DNA of 64,000 bases. Origin: Limisphaerales bacterium (GTDB lineage: Bacteria; Verrucomicrobiota; Verrucomicrobiia; Limisphaerales; UBA1096). The stretch is from NCBI GenBank assembly GCA_004213515.1, contig SHAK01000001.1, positions 2,972 through 66,971 of the forward strand, written 5' to 3'. Positions 56,700-64,000 of this stretch are shown piece by piece (position 1 is the stretch's first letter; every line of letters starts with the position of its first letter). The translations under genes were made by a program, and so were the position numbers. The notes under the pieces were generated by a model that had not been told where the DNA came from, did not search any database, and saw nothing but the letters and a program-made list of their open reading frames with translations.

Positions 56700-57812
56700 T
56701 TAAGTTACACTTGAATAAACTTCATTTTCAAAAGCCCTATATAATGAATATGCGTCTTTGTCATTAAATGGGAAAAATTGACTGAAATAAATTATGATAA
56801 CTTTCTTCCATGGATCAATTGTAAAGTAACTATTGTATAAACCTGCCCAAAAAGCAGCCCCATTAGACCTTAAGCTTTTTTTCTTATTAGATTCCAGAGC
56901 CCATCCATAACCCCAACGACAACCATCCAAGTCTGAAATAAAATCTCCATCACCTATCCAAGGGTGATTAAAAGATATAGAAGGAAAACTAAGATCAATA
57001 TTCCCTGGAAGCTGATCCTCAAACATCGTCTTTACAGTTTCTTCTTTAAGCATTTCAAAACTCCCAGCTTTGCCCCAGTGAATTAGACAGGTTAGAAACT
57101 TTAAGTAATCGTTTGCTGAACTAAGAAGACCTCCACCGCCACTAAAAAAATTGCTTTTTTCCGGAATCCTCTTTCCTGCTAAATTATATTTAGTTTTATC
57201 TTTGAAATAATAATCAACTATCCTTTCATTTAGATGGGCAGGTGGGTTAAACCAAGTACTGTCCATTTTCAGGGGCTCTGTAATATGGTCTCTAAAATAT
57301 TTTTCAAGTGATTTACCGCTAAGGACTTCAACAACTTTGCCTAACCAATCTATGTTTGTTCCATATCTGAAGGATTCACCTGGAGGGAATATACGCAAAC
57401 TCATTTGGTGCTGAATTAAATCCTTACCAATTGGAGCTTTACCTAAATGTTTATTAAGTTCTTCAGATGTAAAAAAATATCCAAAACCTCCGGTGTGAGT
57501 AATCAAATGCTTTATACTTATCTTAGCATCCGATTTACAAATATTGCCTTCTTTATCTAATGACGGAACATCGGCTAATTCAGGAACTATGTTATCAAGT
57601 GGATCATTAATTCCAATTAATCCGGACTCAACTTGTTGGAGAGCTGCGACAGTTGTAAGAACTTTTGTCATTGAAGCGATACGAAAAATATCATCTCCAT
57701 CACTAGAATAATTATATGTTTTAGTTAATTTGTCCCCAGATTGAATATTAAGCCCTATCATAAAAGCCGAATTCAATTCGCTTTCACTAAATTTAAGATC
57801 AATTCTACTCAT
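56700..57812 (-). CDS. Serine hydrolase of the beta-lactamase family (cytoplasmic form)
   Basis: SxxK motif IASMTKVLT and YxN motif FRYGTNIDW. No signal peptide. It lies 4 nt downstream of the paralogue's stop. Confidence 0.75.
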   Translation of the reverse strand: MSRIDLKFSESELNSAFMIGLNIQSGDKLTKTYNYSSDGDDIFRIASMTKVLTTVAALQQVESGLIGINDPLDNIVPELADVPSLDKEGNICKSDAKISIKHLITHTGGFGYFFTSEELNKHLGKAPIGKDLIQHQMSLRIFPPGESFRYGTNIDWLGKVVEVLSGKSLEKYFRDHITEPLKMDSTWFNPPAHLNERIVDYYFKDKTKYNLAGKRIPEKSNFFSGGGGLLSSANDYLKFLTCLIHWGKAGSFEMLKEETVKTMFEDQLPGNIDLSFPSISFNHPWIGDGDFISDLDGCRWGYGWALESNKKKSLRSNGAAFWAGLYNSYFTIDPWKKVIIIYFSQFFPFNDKDAYSLYRAFENEVYSSVT

Positions 57813-57950
57813 ACTTTCTTTGTAACTTCTTCCTACTAATACCTTTTAACTCAATCATGCATACTCGTGTTAGTATTCACAGAAACGCAATATTGAATCG
57901 GTTGCGCACTTGAAAAAATCCAGTTGTGTTCGAATGAGATAATTTAAAAA

Positions 57951-59624
57951 TTACAGACCATCTGGATGATCATAATAATAGGGTTCTGAACGATTGCCGT
58001 ATAAAGCTTTACGTGGAAGAAACTTATTAATGAGTTCTAATTTATGAGTTACTGAAAGAGTTATTAATGCTTTAAAAGCAATATCTCCTCTAATCCCATT
58101 ATCACGATTTGTACTACCATCTCCGGGAGGCAGGGGATCAACAATTTTTTTAAATGAAGGACCTCCAATTCCCATGTAAATATTCCCATTGTCTTCGTTC
58201 TTATAAAGCACGAAGTCTACTTCGCTATTATCAACTTCTTTGTAATCTTTAGTATACGCCTCAGTCGTATCATTATTCCCTTCTATTTCAGGCTTTTCCT
58301 GATTAGAAAAAGTTTTTTGTGACCCCAAAGGCTTAAGCCTAAGAAAGCTATAAATATCTGATTTGTAACCAAGCCAACCATTTTCCACTGATTTTGACTT
58401 ATCAAACATTGAATTGATATTCTTTTCCATCAAGTACTCAATTAGCCCTGAACCCTTATTGGTAGTATTCATATAACACCACCATAGATCATTGCCATGG
58501 GATGTATAATGATCAAATCCATGAGATTGCTCACCGATAAAGAAAAACTCCCCCGTATCCAAATGGTATTCAGCCTCTCTCCAAGTATCAGATGCTATTC
58601 TAGTCCTCAGCACAATTCCGCTTGGAATTTCAACAAACTCTGAAGCCGCCTGATAAAATGCTTTATCTTTACCCTCCTCAATTGGTAATGACAAACCAGC
58701 TTCAGGAATAATAAACCAATTTTTTAGATCGTATGATGACAATAAATGCGAATCTTCTGATAATCTCAACTCAGTCGAACCTGAATCTCTTTTTATAGAA
58801 ATTTCTGGTTGTTTTTTATCTTTTTCATCATCTCCTGGAAATGCTCCCCCATAGAGATGATTCTCTATAAGTTTTCTGTCTTTAGTATTTAAAGCAGAGC
58901 TGAAAATAATCAGTTGCTCAATTTCTCCGACAAAGTCGTAACCACTTGAACTATACGCTCCGATAACTATATCTGCATTGGCTTTAATATTATTTGTTGG
59001 CATTCCACCAAGATTTAAATTTTTCCCATTTGCATAAAATGAATGACTGTCAGCGGTTAGGACGGTACTCCAAACTGTAGTTTGATCATCATATTCTGAA
59101 ATATCATTACCCGAGTAGGTTATACCGTTGTACTGCTCAACTACAAATCCACCTTTACCATCATCCCTTTGATGAGATGTATTACTTAAGCCAATGTTAT
59201 ATGCATATGTACCTGAAGTTGCAAAAGGAGCATCGGCATTGTAATGCCCAAGCCAAAAAATAGTGAACTCTTTGGTCTCAGTATTGCTTAGTTTCCCAGT
59301 GAGATATCTTCCGTCTGCAGCAACGCTTGTATCATCAAAAAATAATTTTCCAGTACCATCATAAGATATTAAATCTGAACCTCCATTACCTTTTTGAGCA
59401 GATTGTACAATCATGCTATCCATTAATTGACCAGTACTATCAACAGGAGTCCAAGAGACAACGGCATTATCGACTGTCTCAACTCCTTTCGAACCATCAT
59501 AGTGCGCTACCAGCGAATCAATAGCTTTAGAAGACAACTCAGGAACAGCTGTCAAAAGACCATTCCCAAACATATTAAATTTTATAGCTAATATGAATAT
59601 TAATAAAATCGTGTAAGCCTTCAT
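57951..59624 (-). CDS. Secreted LamG-like domain protein with an uncharacterised C-terminal half
   Basis: Signal peptide. DIVIGAYSSSGYDFVGEIEQLIIFSSALNTKDRKLI is a typical LamG_3 ending at about residue 250. The remaining ~300 aa are unassigned. Confidence 0.5.
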   Translation of the reverse strand: MKAYTILLIFILAIKFNMFGNGLLTAVPELSSKAIDSLVAHYDGSKGVETVDNAVVSWTPVDSTGQLMDSMIVQSAQKGNGGSDLISYDGTGKLFFDDTSVAADGRYLTGKLSNTETKEFTIFWLGHYNADAPFATSGTYAYNIGLSNTSHQRDDGKGGFVVEQYNGITYSGNDISEYDDQTTVWSTVLTADSHSFYANGKNLNLGGMPTNNIKANADIVIGAYSSSGYDFVGEIEQLIIFSSALNTKDRKLIENHLYGGAFPGDDEKDKKQPEISIKRDSGSTELRLSEDSHLLSSYDLKNWFIIPEAGLSLPIEEGKDKAFYQAASEFVEIPSGIVLRTRIASDTWREAEYHLDTGEFFFIGEQSHGFDHYTSHGNDLWWCYMNTTNKGSGLIEYLMEKNINSMFDKSKSVENGWLGYKSDIYSFLRLKPLGSQKTFSNQEKPEIEGNNDTTEAYTKDYKEVDNSEVDFVLYKNEDNGNIYMGIGGPSFKKIVDPLPPGDGSTNRDNGIRGDIAFKALITLSVTHKLELINKFLPRKALYGNRSEPYYYDHPDGL

Positions 59625-59744
59625 TGGAATTCCTCTTCCCTTATAGCATGGGCTAATGGATCTTTAAAGTGTTTCAAGGAATAATCGAAATAAAATCACT
59701 ATCTTATACTTTCGATAATATTAGATATATTTATGTTTGATTAA

Positions 59745-60719
59745 TTATAAAGCGTTAGACCAATCTGACTCAATAGATTGAGCCGCTTCAGGCCATTTTG
59801 GATGATTAAATTTAAAACCGGATTCAAGTAATTTACCTGGAACAACTCTACGACTCTTTAGCAATAATTCAGTTTCAGTTCGCATAAAGAATGCGCCTAT
59901 TTCTAGCATCCAGCTAGCTGCAGGTAAGCCTAGTTTAACCCCACAAGCATTTCGCAAGCCCGTCAGGAATTCTCTATTTGGCAATGGATTCGGCGCACAC
60001 ATGTTAATTGGCCCCTTAATGTTTTCATTTTCAATGGACCAATCGACCATGCGTAAAAAATCTTCTATGTGTAACCAGCTCACAAACTGATTACCAGAGC
60101 CTTGGGTACCACTGAGTCCTAAACGAGTAATGTTTCGAAAAGCCTCAAACACACCTCCACTACCAGTACCAAACACCATCGAAAGCCTCATAGCAATACG
60201 TCTAGTACTAGAAGTATCAGCATTAAAGAGTGCCTCTTCCCATCTATTAACGACATCAACTGAAAACTCCCATTTATCCTTTGGCCGACCAGGTTCAACA
60301 TATTGAAGTTCACCAGTAGCTTCGTCCATATCTCTATCCAGCGAGTGCCTATAAATCGTAGCAGCACTGGCGTTCAACCAAACCCTAGGAGGTTCCTTCG
60401 CTTGAGTAATTGCCTCCCCAACAACTTGTGTAGAGTTCTCGCGCGAGTCATATATTAGCTGCCTATTTTTCTTAGTGTAGCGACAATTTATAGAGCGACC
60501 AGAGAGATTGATTACTACATCTGCCCCATCTATTTCATTCGCCCAGGCATCAAGGTTTGCACCATCCCACCAGACATAACGTACGCATTCAGACAATTCA
60601 CCCTCACTACGGCTTAGTACCACTACATCATAGCCTTTAGCCACAAAATGCCGTGATAAATGCCGTCCTATGTAACCGCTACCACCAGGTAAAACTACTT
60701 TTTGATTCTTCAGACTCAC
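59745..60719 (-). CDS. TIGR01777/YfcH-type NAD-dependent epimerase-family protein (SDR39U1, C-terminal DUF1731)
   Basis: VVLPGGSGYIGRHL Rossmann loop. The C-terminal RRVVPGKLLESGFKFNHP matches DUF1731. Confidence 0.75.
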   Translation of the reverse strand: MSLKNQKVVLPGGSGYIGRHLSRHFVAKGYDVVVLSRSEGELSECVRYVWWDGANLDAWANEIDGADVVINLSGRSINCRYTKKNRQLIYDSRENSTQVVGEAITQAKEPPRVWLNASAATIYRHSLDRDMDEATGELQYVEPGRPKDKWEFSVDVVNRWEEALFNADTSSTRRIAMRLSMVFGTGSGGVFEAFRNITRLGLSGTQGSGNQFVSWLHIEDFLRMVDWSIENENIKGPINMCAPNPLPNREFLTGLRNACGVKLGLPAASWMLEIGAFFMRTETELLLKSRRVVPGKLLESGFKFNHPKWPEAAQSIESDWSNAL

Positions 60720-60833
60720 CTGTAAGCGAGTTTTTCACGACTTTGATTAAAGAACGAGATAGAAACATAAGTATTATGAAGAATCTAAAATGCCGCTTGG
60801 CCAAGCACCTGTATAACGCGTATTCTTTTCTGC

Positions 60834-61871
60834 ATGTTAGACACCCTGACCAAACATTTGAGCAACGGTGAGTCGCTAACGACTGAACAGGTGAGCGACG
60901 CAATTAGAAGCCTAACGAATGAAACAATAACTCCTGAAGCCAAAGCAGATTTTTTAACGGCGCTGGCTATTAAAGGTGAAAGTACGGAGGAAATAGCTGC
61001 ATTCGCAAACGAACTACTAAATAAAGCTTTACCAGTTCCTATTGATCAGGAAACACGGGACCATGAAATTCTCGATGTTTGCGGCACAGGGGGTGACAAG
61101 CTAGGAACGTTCAATATTTCAACTACAGTAGCCATTATTGCAGCTGCTGTTGGAGTAACAGTTGCTAAGCATGGCAACCGCGCAATCACATCCAAGGCTG
61201 GCAGTGCCGATGTTTTAGACGCTCTGGGCATTCCAACCGATCTAACACCAGAACAAGTAGCCACAAACCTCAAAGATCATCAGTTCGCATTCATCTTTGC
61301 ACCTGGATATCATCCAGCATTCAAGAATATCATGCCGGCACGAAAATTATGCGCTGAACGAGGTCAAAGGACCGTTTTTAATTTTCTCGGACCATTACTA
61401 AATCCAGCACGACCAACTGCACAATTAATCGGAGTTCCCGATAGCAAGCTTTGTGAGCCAATTGGTCGAGTGCTTCAGTCTATTGGAATAAGGCGAGGAA
61501 TGGTAGTCAATGGACGAGTGGAGGATGCTTCTATGGATGAATTATCAACACTTGGCGAAAATACCATTGCAGAGTTTTATCAGGGCCGAGGCTTTACAGT
61601 AAGTACTGATTTACCGAAATTATTTCCTCTACAGCCAGTCACTCTGAACGAACTAAAGGGAGGAGACGCTGAGGAAAATGCAGCTACCATTAAGGCAATC
61701 CTTTCAGGAGAAGATCGTGGTCCTCGACGTGATGCAGTGCTACTGAATGCCGCTCATGCCTTATTTGTCGCTACCAAAACAAACTCCGCCTTAGAAGGCT
61801 GGGACATGGCGGCCTCAGTAATTGAAAACGGAGCCGCTATAAGTAAATTACAGGATTTGGCTAGCAACTAA
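60834..61871 (+). CDS. trpD: Anthranilate phosphoribosyltransferase
   Basis: VCGTGGDKLGTFNISTTVA and KHGNRAITSKAGSADVLDALG signatures. Confidence 0.9.
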   Translation: MLDTLTKHLSNGESLTTEQVSDAIRSLTNETITPEAKADFLTALAIKGESTEEIAAFANELLNKALPVPIDQETRDHEILDVCGTGGDKLGTFNISTTVAIIAAAVGVTVAKHGNRAITSKAGSADVLDALGIPTDLTPEQVATNLKDHQFAFIFAPGYHPAFKNIMPARKLCAERGQRTVFNFLGPLLNPARPTAQLIGVPDSKLCEPIGRVLQSIGIRRGMVVNGRVEDASMDELSTLGENTIAEFYQGRGFTVSTDLPKLFPLQPVTLNELKGGDAEENAATIKAILSGEDRGPRRDAVLLNAAHALFVATKTNSALEGWDMAASVIENGAAISKLQDLASN

Positions 61872-61896
61872 GTTCCACTATTTTTAAAAATTTATC

Positions 61897-62493
61897 ATGT
61901 ATGAGTTCAAGTCAGAAGACGGAAAAATTTATGGTCCATATGAAGAAGAGCAAATCCTTGAATTGGTAAACTGTGCCAGTATGGACGGTAACTCTCTAGT
62001 TCGAAAAAAAACGAACGAAGAATGGACACCGTTAAACCAAATTGAAGAACTAAGCCATATTTGCCGGCAAGCCTCAGAAAAAAACAGCCCACCAAAAACC
62101 TGTAATACTTTGAATCAACCGTCATTGCAGTCGAAAGCAATAAACAAGCAACAAGAAAAACCTGGCAAAGCAAAAGCCATAGCAATTATGACTTTGGTTG
62201 GCGGGATTATGTCTTTATTCACATGCATCGGCCTTGCACTAGGCACAATGTTATTATGGATCACATGGGTTTATTCACTAGTGCTAGGAATAATGGCTAT
62301 TATCAAGGCTAAAAAAATGTTAAGTTCAGATCCATACGAAGGCTATACATCTGCAAAAACGATTGCCATAATGCAAATCGTCAGCATCGTCAGTTGCGAT
62401 ATAATTAATATGACTCTTGGTATTCTTTCTTTAGTTTTCCTAAGTGACTCTGAAGTAATAGACTGGATTGAGAACAAGGTTAAAAACAAATAA
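61897..62493 (+). CDS. GYF_2 (DUF4339) domain membrane protein, C-terminal dispanin/CD225-like hairpin
   Basis: The N-terminal GKIYGPYEEEQILELV...EWTPLNQI resembles the GYF_2 motif. Two closely spaced TM helices lie at the C-terminus. Confidence 0.55.
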   Translation: MYEFKSEDGKIYGPYEEEQILELVNCASMDGNSLVRKKTNEEWTPLNQIEELSHICRQASEKNSPPKTCNTLNQPSLQSKAINKQQEKPGKAKAIAIMTLVGGIMSLFTCIGLALGTMLLWITWVYSLVLGIMAIIKAKKMLSSDPYEGYTSAKTIAIMQIVSIVSCDIINMTLGILSLVFLSDSEVIDWIENKVKNK

Positions 62494-62573
62494 TGAGCGA
62501 CTTATACAAAATCAAAAAGGAAGCCAGTGACGAATTTGGTCCAGTTATTAATAGCTCTGAATATCTAAGTTAG
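62493..62573 (+). CDS. 26-aa mini-ORF with a GYF-like N-terminal motif (possible gene remnant)
   Basis: The ATG overlaps the upstream TAA (TAATG). MSDLYKIKKEASDEFGPVINSSEYLS* echoes the Y-x-K-x-E-x(4,5)-GP pattern of the preceding protein. Confidence 0.2.
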   Translation: MSDLYKIKKEASDEFGPVINSSEYLS

Positions 62574-62607
62574 ATTCCTTTCACATTAATTGCCTTTGAA
62601 TCAAGTA

Positions 62608-63012
62608 ATGCCATTTGCACGTACTATTATTCCTTTTGGTATTCCATTAATTGTAATTGGCGGAGCCACAATACTTTTTTTTCTAAATCCAAGTGATTAT
62701 TCCTTTTTTCCAAAGTGTACATTTCATAATGCAACTGGTTATTCCTGCCCTGGCTGCGGTTCAACTCGCGCCCTTTTTAATTTAACTCATGGAAATATAT
62801 TGGAAGCACTAAGATTAAACCCTGGCTTAATTGCGTTACTCATCCTCGCTTTTACAGACTACATGCGATACCTAATGGCGATAAAAAAATCGAAGATGTT
62901 TCACTCTCTATTCGGAAATATGAAACTGGTTTTCGCAATTATAGGGTTAATGATAGTTTACGGTATCCTACGGAACCTCCCATGGATACCATTCATAAAC
63001 TTGGTGCCATAG
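62608..63012 (+). CDS. DUF2752 family membrane protein
   Basis: CPGCGSTRALFNLTHGN is the DUF2752 hallmark. The track starts at TTG 62590; an ATG lies at 62608. Confidence 0.7.
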   Translation: MPFARTIIPFGIPLIVIGGATILFFLNPSDYSFFPKCTFHNATGYSCPGCGSTRALFNLTHGNILEALRLNPGLIALLILAFTDYMRYLMAIKKSKMFHSLFGNMKLVFAIIGLMIVYGILRNLPWIPFINLVP

Positions 63013-63075
63013 AATATTGACTGCCCAAGCAATTTAAATTTTATCTCGCTTCGCAAAGCACTTGAACCTTTGAAT

Positions 63076-64000
63076 GTGCACGTGTCTAAAGAGTACACCA
63101 TTAAGTCGTTCCGTTCACCGATAGACCTGAACATAGATTATGAATCGGAGCTAAATGTTCAGCAACTCGCTGCTGTAACAGCTACGCCGGGACCAGCTTT
63201 GGTATTGGCTGGGGCTGGAGCTGGCAAGACCCGTACTTTGACTTATCGTGTGGCATATCTTCTCGAACAAGGAATACCAATTGACCGGATTCTACTTTTG
63301 ACATTCACAAATAAAGCTGCCAAAGAAATGATGGAACGTGTTCAAGATCTTGTTGGAGGCAACACATCTGGCCTTTGGGGTGGCACTTTTCATTCAGTGG
63401 GGCATCGCATTCTACGACGCAATGCGGAGTCGATTGGCTATCCCCCAACATTCACCATCTTGGATCGTGAGGATGCAAAAGACCTGATGAGTCTGGCTAT
63501 TATTGATGCTGGAATAGACACCAAAGCAGCACGATTTCCTAAACCAGATTTACTTTGTGATATTCTTTCGATGTCAATTAATACAGGAATGGATCTGGAT
63601 AAGGTAATGGAAGAACGATACTTTTATTTCGAAAGCCTGTCCCAAGATATTTCTAAAGTGCACGCCGCTTACTCTAAGCGCAAACAATCGAATGGGGTTA
63701 TGGATTTCGATGATCTGCTCAACCAATGGTTAAGGCTACTGAAAGAAAACGACGAAGCTCGAGAGTACTTTCAATCTAAATTTCAATTTATTCTTGTCGA
63801 TGAATATCAAGACACAAATCACGTACAGTGCGAATTGATTGATCGCCTTGGTAATAAACATCACAACATAATGGCAGTTGGTGACGACTCACAGAGTATT
63901 TATTCATGGAGAGGTGCAAATTTTCGTAACGTGCTAGAGTTCCCTAATCGCCATGAAGGCACACAAGTTTTTAAGATTGAAACAAACTATCGAAGCACTC
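63076..64000 (+). CDS. UvrD/PcrA/Rep-family ATP-dependent DNA helicase (5' part; runs off the window end)
   Basis: Absent from the track because it is open at the edge. My translation from GTG 63076 reads ...LNVQQLAAVTATPGPALVLAGAGAGKTRTLTYRVAYLLEQGIPIDRILLLTFTNKAAKEM...ILVDEYQDTN (Walker A and motif II). Confidence 0.85.
   Translation, partial: MHVSKEYTIKSFRSPIDLNIDYESELNVQQLAAVTATPGPALVLAGAGAGKTRTLTYRVAYLLEQGIPIDRILLLTFTNKAAKEMMERVQDLVGGNTSGLWGGTFHSVGHRILRRNAESIGYPPTFTILDREDAKDLMSLAIIDAGIDTKAARFPKPDLLCDILSMSINTGMDLDKVMEERYFYFESLSQDISKVHAAYSKRKQSNGVMDFDDLLNQWLRLLKENDEAREYFQSKFQFILVDEYQDTNHVQCELIDRLGNKHHNIMAVGDDSQSIYSWRGANFRNVLEFPNRHEGTQVFKIETNYRST

Overview
This is a 64-kb chromosomal window from a low-GC bacterium, about 30-45% GC by hand-counted samples. 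I infer the PVC superphylum (Verrucomicrobiota, Lentisphaerota or Planctomycetota). The basis is two orphan prepilin-type 'H-X9-DG' proteins, a giant FG-GAP/ASPIC-UnbV (CRTAC1-like) protein, many Tat- or Sec-exported beta-propeller and LamG proteins, and exported esterases and peptidases.

The window is mostly densely packed protein genes. Housekeeping genes include eno, pepA, trpD, msrB, fdhD, yebC, amt, larC, a rodZ-like 5' fragment and a UvrD/PcrA-type helicase 5' fragment. There is also a large complement of secreted hydrolases and several proteins with eukaryote-like domains (ankyrin, LRR, EF-hand, PI-PLC, MORN, GYF).

Two tRNA genes are present: tRNA-Gly(GCC) at 36489-36564 (-) and tRNA-Leu(GAG) at 51414-51500 (+). 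I saw no rRNA, CRISPR array, transposase or integrase.

The most unusual part is a 3.2-kb segment (33651-36901) beside tRNA-Gly. About 65% of it has no assignable coding function. It contains:
- a tandem array of about 129-bp units, each ending in a strand-specific intrinsic terminator (candidate tandem small-RNA genes on the - strand);
- two paralogous structured hairpin plus U-tract elements on the + strand that bracket the segment;
- a 5' relic of a second glycosyltransferase gene;
- an LpxH-like phosphoesterase gene and a 62-aa orphan ORF.

Other points of interest:
- a small CPXCG zinc-ribbon ORF missed by the track;
- a decayed beta-carbonic anhydrase gene with four in-frame stops;
- an ankyrin insertion in a membrane spermidine-synthase-like protein;
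- an EF-hand pair inside a PQQ-like propeller;
- a cupredoxin-PA14 fusion next to a dehydrogenase-like propeller;
- an SDR + LarA-like (nickel-pincer racemase/epimerase family) gene pair.

All functional calls come from motif recognition by eye. No database search was run.
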